Origin: the human T2T-CHM13v2.0 reference genome, Homo sapiens
Length of the DNA: 64,000 bases
Reading direction: 5' to 3' (one strand)
NCBI RefSeq assembly: GCF_009914755.1
Contig: NC_060925.1
How positions within the stretch are numbered: position 1 is the first letter of the stretch; every line of letters starts with the position of its first letter. The notes beneath the pieces were generated by a model that saw nothing but the letters and a program-made list of their open reading frames with translations, had not been told where the DNA came from and searched no databases. The translations under genes and the position numbers were made by a program. This document shows, piece by piece, positions 1 to 15,214 of the stretch.

Positions 1-100
1 TACAAATGTATATGTTTCTCAAAGTCATTGACCTGTACACTTTGAATATGTAGGTTTTACTGTATATAATTTATACCTAAACAAAATTGACTAAAAAAAA
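1..100 (+). mobile_element. Old L1 (L1M-type) 3' end fragment
   Basis: ctgtacactt...tgtatataatttatacc...A-rich end, typical L1M 3'UTR terminus. Confidence 0.6.
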
Positions 101-454
101 AGAGCAAACAAACATCTCTCAAGTTCCTGACTTGAATGAATAAGTGGTGATGATGGTGAGAGTAGAGGAGAAACAGAATGTTTTGGCCTCACATTATAGG
201 TTTGTTTACATGGAGTGCCCGTTCAAAGCCAAGCCATTATGCTAGGGGCTGGAAGAGCAAGGATAAATAAGACACAATTCCAATTTGTGTCTTATTTATA
301 ATAAGACACAATACCAATTTGAAGGGTAGTCACAAAGTCTAATGCAGAATATATGAAAACAACTTTGTTTACTACACTATGGGAAATGTTCCACTAGACT
401 TATGGACAAAGTGCTGTGGAAGACAGATACTTCATGTAATAAAATATTAAAAAT

Positions 455-975
455 TCTCCATCGTTAGATGAAAAACAAATATTTGTATATCCACACAGTA
501 GAATGTTATCCAGCAATTAAAAGAAGCAAAATATTAAACTTGCAACAACATAGATGAATCTCAAAGTAATAGTGTTGAGTGAAAGAAGCCAGACTTACCT
601 TCCCCCAAAAAAGTACACATTATATATTTCCATTTGTAGAAAACTCTAGAAAATAAAAACTAATCTATAGTGATAGAAAGCATATGAGTGATGGTGTAGA
701 AGGAGGAGGGGATGGAGAGTGATGGAAAGGAAGGATTACAAAGGAGAATGAAGAAGTCATCATAGGTGATGATATAGTTATTATTTTTATTGTGATCATG
801 ATGTGAAACTTTTTCTGACCCCTCTTCCTCCAAGCAAAATTAGTCACATTGTATTTTGTTCTACTGTGCCCTATGTTTGTTTCATGGGTAATACATACGT
901 CAAAACTTACTAAACTAATCTAAATATGTGCAGTTTACTGTAGCCAATTATACCTCAACAAAACTATCTTAAAAA
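455..975 (+). mobile_element. L1ME/MC-type 3' end
   Basis: caacaacatagatgaatctc...ttgagtgaaagaagccagac...aattatacctcaac motifs. Confidence 0.75.
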
Positions 976-1109
976 CACTGAAAACAATCTTGGAAGATGA
1001 AAGAGATATATTATGTTATAGCTGCACTGAGTAGCATATGATCTACATTAAAATCTAAATTTCTAACATTAAATATAATAAAGAAAATATTCAAGTTGGA
1101 ATAATGATA

Positions 1110-1262
1110 TTGGCAAGCCCCCACTGAGTGTTTACTCTGAGACAGGCACTTTGTTAAGTCACTCACTTGCATCTTTTCATTTCATCCCTGCAACAACCCT
1201 ATGAAGTAGGTACTATTAACATTTTCAAATAATAAAAGAGGAAACTGAGGACATAGAGTTAG
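1110..1262 (-). mobile_element. MIR SINE
   Basis: aacaaccctatgaagtaggtactatt...gaggaaactgagg core in reverse. Confidence 0.8.
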
Positions 1263-1264
1263 AA

Positions 1265-1730
1265 GTGTGTTCACCTGTGAGTAACAGAAAAACCAACTTC
1301 AGGGCATAAACAAACAATGGCTGTTATTCTTCAAAAAGTAAAAAAGGGGATTGGAGATAGGCAATTCAGGTCTGTTTTACCTACTAAGTAATTTGGACAA
1401 GGACGGGTAGGCTGTTTCTTTTGCTGTCCCCACCCCCACGCACAGTGTACTACCTTCCTCATAGTTATATGATAGCTGCTATATCTTCTGGAATCACAGG
1501 ACTCCAGGTAAAATAAATAAAGAAAGACGGGTGATGAGTACACTAATAGCCAAGACTTCACCACTACACAATATATATGAAAAAGTGAAGAGAAAGAAGA
1601 CATAAGGGTCATACTGGCTGAATCCCCTAGCTTCCTCAGGGGTTTCACCCAGCAGGCTTTTGCCTATTTGTCATTGGCCAGAACTGTGTTACATGGTCAC
1701 CCCTAACTGGAAGATGGCTAGGAAGAAGGT
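1265..1730. mobile_element. MLT1-type (ERVL-MaLR) solo LTR, old
   Basis: gtaacagaaaaacc...aaacaaac...cattggccagaactgtgttacatggtcacccctaactg motifs. Confidence 0.65.
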
Positions 1731-4279
1731 GATTGTAGAGAGAAGCCAGAGCAGCAAATTAGTAATTTCTGCCATTGCTACTAAGAGATGGAGTGAGAAT
1801 TTGGTCTAGCCTTATTCCCCAGGCCTGTGCTATTAACCATAATGTTATACGAATAAAGTTCTCCATAAATTCTCCCCAAAGCCATCTTAATATGCCAAGC
1901 AAAAAGAAAAAATTTCATCCAGAGAAACATGGATTTGACACAGTGTAAGTGCATAGGGAGCATGTAGATGACTTTTTAGAGTAGCATTATTTTCTTATCT
2001 AATGCAGGCAACATTGAAAATGTGGGAGAGAAAGGAAGGAGTGAATACACAGAAGAAAGGTGGGCAATGGTGACCTATAACTTAATTTCACATATTTTCC
2101 ATCTAATAGCTCTGTCTCTTCTGTGGCCTTGTGATAGAGCACCAGTTCCTGAATGTCTCATCTAGAAAGTTCTCTGGTGCTTTGTCAGGGTAATTTTCCA
2201 CATTCTACAAGTGTTATCTGGGTATAAACAGGAGGCAAGGTAGTTTTTAAAACAGAAAACAAAAATTATATGGTTCATATTTAGAAGACATAAATATTTT
2301 CAAACTACTGGCTATTCAAGTCATTTCCACTATGAGATTAAGCCTATACACATTTACACTGTAGTATACTTAGTGTCAGTCCAGTATTTTGGTCAATTAG
2401 AATTTATGTAATTTATTTGCTCAATGATCCAATAGATAGAAAAAGCATTTTGTCAAGTATAAAATATTATGTGAGTGTTAATGGCTATTTATGACTATAT
2501 TAGAATATAGTTTTTGGTCAGTGAGTTGAATATTGGTTAAGAATCCACTTTTTCAATCTAAATTATTAAAGATTGATTATATATTAGCACATTCCAAAAA
2601 CATACGGAGAAATCCACAGCCATTTATTGAGCATATACTATGAGTCACACATTGTACTGGGTTCAGAAATAAAGCATAGTAACTATACTATAAAAGATCA
2701 CAATCTAATGATGACAATTTGATAACTGCTACAGTAAATTTATGTAATTGGCACAACAAATGTCCTTCTGATTTCTCTTCCCTCTGCATTTTTAACTTTT
2801 ATTTTATCTTTGGATTTAACTGCAAGGTAGTTGATCAAGATGATAAAGTAATAGCAAGAACACTGTAGAGTTTACACCTGAGAGATTTAGAAACATACTC
2901 TCTAAATTTTTTATTATTTGATAAAATGTAAAACAAATTTTCAAGTTACTTGCTAGGACAAAACATTGCCAAAGATCAAGTGTGTTGGTTATGGAGACGT
3001 GTCAATAATTTTCTGCTGGAGATTCAAACTGCAGCCTAGAAACTAGCACAGCCATCACGCTGTACTAAAATTGACAGACGTGAGTATTCAAGAACAGTTC
3101 ACTGCTTTTTGTCATCTACATGCATAGCAAGTACACACCGTTGATTTGCCATTCCACTCAGAGAAGAGGAAAAACTTCACACTACCTTAATATGGCTGTA
3201 GGTTGGTTAGCTGCTTTTTAAGAAGAAAAAGTTTGAAGATCATATTCAAGAAAATCCCCAAACTTTTATACAGAACTACAGGATATGAACGATGCATCAT
3301 TTTCTTTATCAACAACAACTTTGCGATATTTTGATGTAGGCCCTGAGACTTCAATATTGAGTCATTATTATAAAAACAACACTTTCCGACCTGAGAAAAA
3401 CATATTTATGTAGAATTAAACTCATTCAAAGAGAAGGAAAGTGCAGAGTGATCTTGGTCACACATTCTTTTCCTCAGAATCAAAACAGGTAAAATAACTT
3501 ATTATAATTATTAAATAAAAGTCATAAGCTTACTGATGAGACTCAAACAAGATTCCAAAAGGTCTCAGACAGTAGCCAACACTAAATGCTTCTTGACCAT
3601 CTGCCACATTTCAGGCACTGTGGTAGAAGTGCAGCTATTGACTTGCTCACAAGAAGCCTGTTATCTACTAAGAAAAGTCTTATTAACATGAAACCATGAA
3701 ACAATAAGAGTATATATTCTTAAAGTGTTAAGTGGAAATGTACAAACTATTAGAAACTACAGTTTGTATATCTATATATACACATATGGAAATGATATAT
3801 ATGTAATTGTTAAAGTACTTTATATATATATATAAACAGTTCCTAATAGGTACTCAGTGTCTGGCTCAGTCAAGCGTAATAGGAAATCATGATGAGCAGT
3901 AAAGGAAAAAGAAGCAGAACTGGAATAGGGTGTTAAATGATTTACAGAATACAAACAAGAGGAAAGCAGAACAGCCTAAATGCTAGGAACTGCACAAGCA
4001 AAAGCACAGATCTGGAAATGCACCATGACTGAGGGAATTGGCTGGGACATAAAAAGGAAAGCTCTGGCTATCATGGTCAGTTAGCACCAAATATTGGATC
4101 TGATAATATCGGATAGTTCACTTGGAAGCACTGAGTAGTATATTGAGAACTTTGCATTTCACCTAGTGAGCAACAGGCAAAGGCAGTATCTGAACTGGGA
4201 TGACATTTCATTCAAGATTTTTATATGCACTGTTCACAGTACAGAGTATATGCTTCTTGCATACACATTCAAATGTTTA

Positions 4280-5265
4280 TCACATGACATCAAAAGCATA
4301 AGCAACAAAAGAAAAACTATATAACTTGGACTTCACTAAAAATTTTTAAATTTTGTGCTCCAAATGATACAATCCGAAAAGTGAAAAGACAACCCATAGA
4401 ATGTGAGAAAATACTTGCAAGTCATATATCTAAAAAGAGACTTGTATCCAGAATATATAAAGAAGTTTATAACTTGACAATAAAAAAGACAAATAGCCAA
4501 GTAAAACATGGGCAAAGTATTGGAAGAGACATTTATCCAAAGAATATATACACATGGCCAATAGCACATGCATAGATGTTTATCATTAGTCATTGGAGAA
4601 ATGCAAGTCAAAAACCACACTGAGATATCACTTTACAGCCACTGGAATGGCTATAATCAAAAAGATTTAGGCAGTAACAACTGTTGGTAAGGATGTGAAG
4701 AAATTGGAACCCTCATACATTGCTGATGGGGATGTAATGTGATTCAGACATTTTGGAAAGCAGTTTCACAGTTTCTCAAAAAGGTAGAACTACCATATGA
4801 TACAACAATTCCACTCCTAAGTATATACCCAAGAGAAATTAAAATATATATCCATAGAAAAACTTGTACAAATATGTTTGTAGCTACGTTAACAATAGAT
4901 GTACTGTGGAAATAACCCAATGTCCATCAAGAAATGAATGAAAAACAAAATGTGGTATATTTTCATACAATGGAATAATATTTAGCCACTAAAAGTCTGA
5001 ATAAAGTATCCAAAATAGGCAAACCTATAGAGACAGAAAGTAGATAAGTGGTTGTCTAGGATTGGCAGGAGGTTGGAGGAATGGAGAGTGACTGCTAATG
5101 AGTTTTGGGTTTCTTTTAGGGGAGACAAAATCTTCTAAAATTATATTCTGGTGATAGTTGCACAACTCTGTGAATATCATAAAAGAAAAATGAAATTGGA
5201 CACTGTAAATAGTTGACTGGTATAGCATGGGAATTATATAAAGCAGTTTTTACAAAAGTACACTT
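4280..5265 (+). mobile_element. L1MB-type, ORF2 C-terminus and 3'UTR
   Basis: ORF 4381-4575 (KRQPIECEKILASHISKKRLVSRIYKE) is a degenerate L1 ORF2 C-terminus; L1MB-like 3'UTR follows. Confidence 0.88.
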
Positions 5266-6593
5266 TAAAAATTGCCTGGTTTCTAATTGTCCCAGTAAAG
5301 TTTTGTCTGTGGCAGATTTGGTCCTTTGCCTCCCTGTGCCCCAAGACTCAGCCAGTGCCTCCAGAGATGGAAGAAGCTCAGTTTCTACTCACTGAAACAG
5401 GCTTGTCCCTGAAAAAGATGTTTATTAATCACCTATTACGAATCACCTACTATATCTGCAAATCAGTTGACATTTTACTCAGATTTCTAATTTAGTTACC
5501 TTTTAAAGGTATGTTTTCAGTATATACCAATAAATACCAATAAATACATTAACTATGTTGATAACAAATTATGTACCTCATCCTATTTAGCTACATCTGA
5601 TGTAAAAGTCCTAATAATAAGGTTAAAAACTACCTCTGATTAAAACTACTTCTCACCAAGACTCCCATTCATGTGTACACAGGGTAATTCAACACTTTGC
5701 CAGCTATTTAGTTGTGGCTTCTTAAAGGAAACAAGATGTCAGTCTCTATTTTCATGGATCACTTTTATCTGAAATCTTTTCTCTGCATGATACAAATTTA
5801 CTAGAATCATAATCTGTCCTTTGTAATATGTCAAAAAGTGGAGAAATCAATTATGTGTAATTATACATGGAGTCTCCCAGTATACTTTCAGAGCTTATTA
5901 TTAGTAAATTTCATGACAAAAGAAGGACAAGAATAGAAATATTTCATTACAAAGAAACGAGGATAAGGTAGTTGTTTTTTCAAATTACTCTTACCCTGAC
6001 TTTTTTTCATAGTATTTAATACCCACTGGCATACTTTACATGCATTTGTCATTTTACTTTTATTATTGTCTGTCTCTTCCCAGAGGAGTACAAGTACTAT
6101 GAGGAAAGGAACTTTGGTATTTTTCACTCCTATGTCACTAACACCTATAACATTCAATACTGTAGGTCCTCAATATTTCAATATCATAGGTATTCAATAA
6201 ACACTGAATGCATTTAACATTTAGGAAGCATTGGAAGAGTCCTACAATTGCTGGCTGAATAAAATTAAAAGGAAAATAAAATGCTTTTACATTTTAACTA
6301 TTTTATCTCACAAAATCTCTCCAACATCCTGATAACCCTATCTCTACTGTTTGCAGAATAAGAGTTGGCATTTTCAACTTGGTCAGCAAACATGTTTGAG
6401 GTTATCATTCACTGTTAAACTATGGTTATTTTAAATTCATTGTGTATTATTATTGTAATTTACCATAGAGTGACAGTTATAATCTGATTTGCATTGGAAT
6501 AAGCAAAATGAGAAAATTTTATTTGAAGATGCAGTTGTACTTTTTATCAAGCCATCATTAATGTAATATTTTTTGTTATAAGAACACAATTTT

Positions 6594-6773
6594 GGGAGGG
6601 AGGGAGGAGGTAGAGGAGAAGAAAAGATAACTATTGGGTTCTGGGCTTAATACTTTGGTGATAAAATAATATGTACAAAAAAAATCCTGTGACACATGTA
6701 TACTTATGTAACAAACTTTCACATGTATCTCCAAACCTGAAATAAAAGTTAAAAAATAAATTTAAAAAATTAA
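6594..6773 (+). mobile_element. 5'-truncated L1PA (old, ~PA12-16) 3' end with TSD
   Basis: aaaagataactattgggt...aataaaagttaaaaa, flanked by aagaacacaatttt / aagaaacacaatttt. Confidence 0.85.
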
Positions 6774-7056
6774 AAGAAACACAATTTTAGGATATTTTGA
6801 TAAAATTTTGATGAACTCCTTCTTGGAGGTAGTCATATAAGAAATACTAGTATTTCCCAGATTTTTTATTATTTGAATTTTTTTCTACCCCAGATCCATC
6901 AGCACTCCTCTATGGAAAATGTTTTTAATTCTTAGACTTCTTTCATTTTGTTTTTAGAAATAAACCCAAAAACTATATCACCAGGTTTTCTACAATTTTC
7001 TTATTATTTTTGTAAGTGAGAATTTTAAAGAAATTGCTAAGATAATATAATTTTTA

Positions 7057-7337
7057 GGCCAGGTGCAGTGGTTTACACCTGTAATCATACCACTTTGGGA
7101 GGCTGAGGTAGGCAGATCGTTTGAGCCCAGGAGTTCAAGGCCAGCCTGGGCAACATGGAGAACCCCTATCTCTATAAGAGTTACAAAAATTAGCCAAGTA
7201 TGGTGACCTGCACCTGTACTCCTAGCTACTCGGGGGGAGGATTGCTTAAGCCCGGAGATGGAGGCTGCAGTGAGACATGATGGCTCCACCGCACTTCAGC
7301 CCAGGTAACAGAGTGAGACGACTCTGTCACAAAAAAA
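7057..7337 (+). mobile_element. AluJ
   Basis: ggccaggtgcagtgg...ttgagcccaggagttcaagg, dimeric, A tail. Confidence 0.92.
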
Positions 7338-9245
7338 TATATATAATTTTCGTCTCTTAAGTCTTGAGTAATTTTTCCTTAATCCTTACCTTATGCCAAT
7401 TCAGGATCTGTATCCTCTCACAGTCTCTCTTTCAAATGGGTGATCACTTATCTTTCTTAGTGGTCTATTATTTTTTGCTCCTATACTCTGTTCTAGCTGT
7501 CATGATACCATAGTAATCCTCAATATGTGAAACAACTCAAGAAACAGTTCAAGGAAAAACACTGACATTTTTACAAAAACACTTGTATATTACACTTCAA
7601 AAGTTTTGGTCTGCTTGAGGTTAGTTTGTGTTTCTTTCAGCTACTGAAATGTTTCTTACCTTTTCTCTTTGATACGCAATCATTACATTCTGTGGATTTT
7701 AAATATAGATTACATATATCTTAATATCATCATAATGTAGTTTTATACAAGAACTCTTTATAAAAGTATGGATATAAAAGAATCCCTCCTTTGGTAGGAA
7801 AATAAAAGAATTTGGGATGTAAATTGAGTTTCACAGAAAATCTCAAGAATAGTTTTGTTTTAGTGGGAAATGTAAAACTAAATTAAGCAGTTACAGAGAT
7901 TAACAGCTCAGGACCCATTTCCTTACTAGCATATTAACACTGAAGAAAAGTATCAGAAGATGATGAAAAGATAAGGGTAGATATTTTTTTTTCAAATGAG
8001 TAAATGTGTCACACCTAAACAAGAAAGGGTCTTATTCAGAAACCATTCTGTAAAACATGTACTTTGTCTGCTCTACATACTCTGCATGCCAAAATCTTGG
8101 CTGAAATTTTCTACTGTATCATCCCAGTTGAGATATTATATTTAATGCCATTTAGAAAAATTATTTTTACATATTATTTTTAAATAATAGTAAAAAAATT
8201 CAGAATGACTAAATGAATACCTTAAAATAAATTATGCAGATAGCTAAACAAATAATTTAGAACATGGTTTTCTATACTGTTCTAGAGGAACTTACAAGTC
8301 TCCTATAAAAGACAAGCCAAGACCGTGGTCTTGGTATCAAATGTAAATGAAATTGTTATATTTATAAGACCGCATTATCCTAAACCACATAATAAGTGCA
8401 AATAACATAGTTGTTCTATTGCATTATATATTGAGGCATTTGACTCCATCAGTTTTCAAACAGGTGTCTGAAAATCACACAAAAAGCTTATGATTTCCAG
8501 CTCTGTCTTAAAGCAAATCGTAAGAACTGTCTTCAAAAAGTTATATTGGAAAAGATTCATATTAGCAATAGAGAATATAGGGTAAAAACTGAATTATACT
8601 GTTGAAATTTAAAATCTGTAGCCTCTAGCATGTAGGAAAAAAGAAAAAAGAAAACTGGTGTATTACCCCTCTCTACATATTTAGATGGTGACAATTCTTG
8701 CCATCAATGACATCAAAACACATTTTCACCAAATACATCAGAACACTGTACAAATACACACTGGCTCCTTGTCACAAGTTGCAATATGCTGATCAATATC
8801 AAATGGGCTAGATTGACCTGTGAAAACAAAAACTACTGTAATCTACTGTGCTAAACCCAAAGAAGCAGTTTACAGGAAAATTAGAATTGTTTCTTCATTG
8901 GGAGAATTAATTTCAAATTAAGCATTCTTAATTTATGTTGAAGTGATCCACTGGGGTAAAGAAAGAGCAAATTTGATTTTCAAGCATTAACATCACTATC
9001 AAAAGCTTATCAATTTGGGTATCATGATTTTGAGAATGAATCACCTTCCTCTCATAAGTCCCCCAAAAGGATTTTTTTTGCAATCGTTTTTGTTTATTTT
9101 TCTACTCAGAGAAAAGCTTTGTAATTAATTTTACATAATCACCAAATAGAATGAATAATCTGGCTCTTTACCTGAGAAGTTAGGACCCATGATCTTTAAC
9201 TCCATGGCTTCTGCAACCCTGATTTATTTATTTACTTTTTTTTAA

Positions 9246-9586
<341 letters not shown>

Positions 9587-9667
9587 TATTTTTATTTTTA
9601 TTTTTAAGTCCTGGGGTACATGTGCAGGATGTGCAGGTTTGTTACACAGATAAACATGTGCCATGGT
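9587..9667 (-). mobile_element. L1PA 3' end fragment
   Basis: ggggtacatgtgcaggatgtgcaggtttgttac...acatgtgccatggt. Confidence 0.85.
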
Positions 9668-10284
9668 AGAATTTTAATATCTGCAAATGACCTAGAACCA
9701 TTAATGTTGAGAATCAGAAAATAAATGATTAGAAATAATCTATAAGTTGTTGACCATTACAAACATTTATCTGAAGTCTCTTCCCCAGGTTAAACATTAA
9801 TGAGGTTGCCTGCCCCAAAACCATCACTATGCCAGCCTACTTTTCCCGACCATAACTGGTGAAGGAGTCTTCAATCTATTTTCATCGGAATATTCTCACA
9901 TTAAATTATGCTGAAAACAAAAGCATTCGCCTTATTGGAAGGATGCAAAACACTGATTAGTTCATCCTCAAAATGTTTAACAAGATCTCAGCAGGAGACA
10001 AAGAGAAGTCTAGAGAGAACAATCAAGCTCTTGGTAAAACGAAAAATTCAGCTAGCCTCACAAAACTGCCACTAATGCACAAAGTTATAACAGCAGCAGT
10101 TAATTATGGCCAATGCTGTATCCTCACGTATGGTAACAAAATTTATAACTAAAATGTATCTATATCAGAGTCTTTTGTAGAAGTGGGATAATTCTGTAAA
10201 GGGGTCCTTGGCAGAACTATTCTTCTAAATGGCCATAGCCATTTCCATTTTTGCCACACATATTTCTTTCTCCTTCACTCCAGG

Positions 10285-10500
10285 CAGTAATGTAGAACAG
10301 GTGAGCAGTCTTTGGTATCAGAGCCAGGTTCAAGTCCTAGTTTTTCACTTACTCATTTTGCAAATCATTTTACCTCTGATCCTCAATTCCCTTCTCTCTA
10401 AAATGAGGGTAATAATTCCTGCCTCCAGGAGCCATTATGAGAATTAAATAGTACAATTTATGCAAAGTGTCTGACACTGAAAAGCTACCAAATAAATACA
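10285..10500 (+). mobile_element. MIR SINE
   Basis: ggttcaagtcctag...cctcaattcccttctctctaaaatgaggg core. Confidence 0.75.
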
Positions 10501-11454
10501 AAATGCTTTTTTACCTGGTATGGATAGACCTTTATAGGTAATGAAGTAGCATCTGAAATACAAATTTTTAAAATCCTAGTTGGCATCCAAAACTTATTAA
10601 TATTGAAGGTGTTATTTTTCACACTGATGTATTATTCAAATGTTAAAAAAGAAAAAGGAAAACACTGCTGTCTTTAAATAGCATACATTTCACTTCAGGC
10701 TATCTGTTTATAACAATGAACCAGGAACATTATGCAGTAATAAGGCAGTTCTGAAATCAATGTTGGAGGCTGTGAGAACCAGGAGGAAATGGAATGCCAC
10801 AGCACCAGAGGTTATTGAGACTCAGTGCCCAATGATTAAAGCACAACTCATATAAAATTAAAAAGAAGACAAATTATTCTAGTACTAGCTATTTATGATA
10901 AAAATACACGTGTGGCACCACCTCAAGCCAGTTTATAACAACTAAAATTCTATGAGATTTAGAAATCATTTTGATAGAATGAAATTATCAATACTAATAA
11001 AAATATCTATCTTTCAAAAGAATAAGAATGAGTCTGTGAAATAAAAGGCCAGTTCCAGCTGCAGTTAAAGCAGAATATGTGTTATTTTTGTTACAGCAAT
11101 TTTAAGCATTCCTTCAAAAATACCACACAGGCCCAAAGCTTCAGTACCAGTATGAAATAAATCATGCTGCTAAAAGGTAAATATTTTTATTATCTCTAAC
11201 AACTTTGTGTTAAAACCATTGTGAAAATGCAGCTAGATTCTTTAAAAATCACTCTCAAACATGTATATGCATTTGAATGATGTGTAAATTATGTTACTAA
11301 GTTGGTTTTATACAATGCAGAGCACAGCAGAAAAGAAAAAGATTTCACTCAAAAAGTTGAACTGACAATGCATTTATCTGGCTACAGCCAATGAAAGATT
11401 TCAGCACAAACGTAAATAAATGGTCTTTACATGCTCTAAAAGTAATAAAAATAA

Positions 11455-11650
11455 CACCTTATGTTTATTTAATATTGAAAACATTTGAAGCCCCTCACTT
11501 AATCTTAACAATTCTGTAGCATACGTATTATCAGTATCTGTTTTACTGTTAAGACAACTAAGGCAAAAAGAGGTTAATCAACCTGTCCAAGATCAGAACT
11601 GTAAGTGGAAAATCTGGATTTCATTGTCTGACTATGGATCCCCCACTTTT
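11455..11650 (-). mobile_element. MIR SINE
   Basis: aactaaggc...agaggttaatcaacctgtccaagatcag core in reverse. Confidence 0.65.
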
Positions 11651-13399
11651 ATCTGTTACATTATGTTACTCCATCTCTGCTTCGTATTTTCCTAATCCAG
11701 TAGTGGATAGCAACGTTGACTAGAGGCAAGGGTGGGTGCTCAACCTATATGATCTCTTTCAGCCTCCATAGCCTAATGATCATGTGATCTTAGAAGTGGA
11801 TTATTTCAGACAGAGCCATACTGCTTCTGCAGGTGTTTGGGTATCCCTGGTTTCCTCAGGGATAACTTTTTGCACTTTTTCCAGAACTAAATCTGAAACA
11901 GAAAAGAGAGCTACTTTCCTATGTACAGCTCCCCCACATAGATGACAACCTCAGAATTCACCCAGAAGATAGACGTCCTGTCCTGGCATTAGAACCTTTT
12001 GCATAATTTGCTAAGCAGAACTGTCTGACAGTAGCCAAACAGTAATATGCAAATTATATTACTATAGATTATGAGCAATGACATCATTGTTAAAAGAACA
12101 GTGAGAAAGAAGAAAGATGAGATTAGAGTATATGAAAGCTTCAGAGTAATTGCTAATTCCAAAGCCATAAAAAGCAAAATTCATATAGGATGGCCTGGTT
12201 CAATATTGTTGGATAACAAAAGAAAGGAAATGGACCTCAGGGTAAATTACTAATAGGCAAAAATGTAGATAACTAGAAGTGTGTGATACCACTTCTACCA
12301 GTCACTAACAGAGGAGACAGTGAGAGTTGGCCTTTCATGGATGTATGAAATAAAGCAAATGCTTAAGATTTAGGGTCTGAAAAAGCAAGTAATATGCTAG
12401 AATCATTCTAAATACGATTTAATAAGGCTAGGAAGGGGAACAAAGGCCAGTTACGAGATTATTTAAGCTTTTCAATTCCTGAGATTGTTGTTTTCTGAAT
12501 TAACTTTTTTCCACACCGATATTCAAGGAAGGAGAAAAATAGAACACAGACTACTTATTATTGGAAGAGCAATTTCTCTGAAATAGTAGCTCGTAACTTC
12601 TTAATGTGTAGCTATTGCTACCCCATGGCTGCAATAATGAGCACAGACTTCTCGGCATATAGTTAAATACATTATTAGTGACTTTCCCCACTAATAATGC
12701 TAACTTATGTATTGGTGCCTAAGAAATTGGCAATGTAGGAAAGCAGTAGATTTTGTTTTGTACTTTTTTTCCATGCAAGAAGTCTTCACATGGAAATCAG
12801 CAAAACAACTGTTGTGACTATAGCAGTAAATTAGTTTAAATAGAAACTGTAACGTATAATTTGTGGGCACTAAAAGTCTTTCAGTTACACTCAAGGATTT
12901 ATTATCAATAAAGAATGATTACTTTCTATTTTTTAAATGTTTCCCATTAAAAATCCATTAGGAAACTGGTACCAAAAAAAAATCAGGATAAACCCAACAC
13001 ATAACCTCCAACAGATTTATACAATTCTTCACCAACTCTTTGGAAGGACATAGATGGTTAGAAATAGTGAGAGGATAAATAGAAGATGAAGCAGAGCTCC
13101 GGCCAATAAGCTACCTAGCTAACCTCAATTCTGACTGGCCCAGATACAGGAAACAGGCCTTTTTTTCTTTCTTATTCCCTCTATTATCCTCCCCACTTTG
13201 AGAGATTTCTCAGAGAATGAACTTGTCCTTTGAATTTTTCCTTGCTTTTCTATTTTCCATACCTCTATCTGTTTTTTCTGCCTTTGGCAATTCAGATTCT
13301 TCTTCCATATTTCTCAAAGTGGCCCTCTGATTCTTAATCCTACGATCCACCACAATGATGCAGACTGAAAAATTACCACATCCCTGCAATAGCGTCTTC

Positions 13400-13870
13400 C
13401 TTACCTACATCATTCTATTCCTCACAAGAATAGAACATCCTAAAGCACAACGTTTTCTCATAAAGATGCTTTCAATTTCCCTTCACAGAGGAATCTAATG
13501 GCTCCCATTTGCTTCCACATCAAATCCAAATTCCTGATTATATGAATCATTTATCACCAATCTCCATCAATATTTATATGAGCATCTCCTTACAATTTTA
13601 ATTAATCCTGTGTACATGTCTGGGTTTTTGTATGTACTTACACTTGCTTCACATAATGTTGCCTTCCCTCACTTAGGCAGGTAAGGCTTCTCCTGAGTGA
13701 ACCATTCCTCTTCACATGCCACCTGAAAAGGGACTGTGCTTATTCTGTTTCTTCCCTAGGAACGTCCAGCCCCATCACTTTATCTTCAAATTGACTTCCC
13801 TTTTACCCAACTCAAATGTCACCTCCTCCTGAATTCATCCCTAACCACCCATCTTCAAATAACCTTTCAT
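13400..13870 (+). mobile_element. L2 fragment(s)
   Basis: aatggctcccattt...caaatccaaattcc, ctcaaatgtcacctcct motifs. Confidence 0.55.
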
Positions 13871-13887
13871 GACTTTAAGCCCAATGA

Positions 13888-14226
<339 letters not shown>

Positions 14227-14461
14227 TAAAACATTCTATTGAATGAATTATCTGTTCAGTAGAACACAAGTTCCTTGCAGGTAGAATTCACGTATAACTC
14301 ATTATTCTACTCTCCATGAATAATACCTGGCTAATGGTAAATGCTCAAAATAATATCAGTTAATAGGATTCAGATTCAATATAATGAAAGAAGTACTTAG
14401 TTGTCTGCTCTTCCATCTAATATTTCATTGAAATTGTAATAAAGAACAAATTTAACCCATG

Positions 14462-14935
14462 GTATCTCCATTTGAGTTGCTCAGAAGCAGACCTTGAGAT
14501 AAGGATTCTATACCACAAGCAATTTATATGAGAGGTAATGCCAGGAAACACTAATACAGGAGAGGAAAAGTGAGATATGAAATGCAGGAGATTCAATAAA
14601 GGGCTCACTATCAACAGATCATTTGGCACCTGGTGCTTAATTCAGCTAAGCAACTCGGAAGCCAGAGTAGAACATGCAACTCAAAGTTATCCCAACAGAA
14701 GGAAAAAGAAGCTGAGGTGTTTGTTCACCAATTCCTACTAGTCATTTGTTGAAGGCTGATGGGAGGGGACATTCTCTGGCTCCACCAGACTGCTCATGGA
14801 CAGGTAGAGCAAGCTCTACATCCAGACAGGACCTTCAGGCTAAGAGCTACAGGTGCTGGCATTGAAAAATGGGATGGGTGCTGAAAAACGGGGAGCAATG
14901 ACAGGATGTAAGTAACTAACAGAATCTACTACAAA
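14462..14935. mobile_element. MLT1-type (ERVL-MaLR) solo LTR
   Basis: cagaagcagaccttgagataaggattc...caatttatatgagaggtaatgccaggaaacac motif. Confidence 0.75.
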
Positions 14936-15214
14936 CAATAACAGAAAGAAGGAAGGGGCCCACAAGTGGATGTGAATTTGAAAGACAAAATACTGATGGA
15001 AGATTTATGACTGAGAAGTGAACGAAACACAGAAATACACAGAAGAAATCAAAATACACAAAGAGAAAGGCTAAACCTCAGGAATGGTGGTAGGTGAAAG
15101 AGGAGGGTTCAATCTATTTTATGGAATCCCCATCTAGATAGGATTGAGACTCAGAAGTTGACAGTGAAACATGAGGCTGAAGAGGGAGGGACTGATGCAA
15201 GTCTGTTTTGCAGA

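Noticed and set aside
2980-3400. Slightly CpG-enriched non-repeat stretch (similar ones at ~9.8-10.1, 12.4-12.9 and 18.25-18.4 kb)
   Set aside because: No ORF, splice-site pair, RNA motif or shared motif found; could be conserved non-coding DNA, but this is unsupported from sequence alone.
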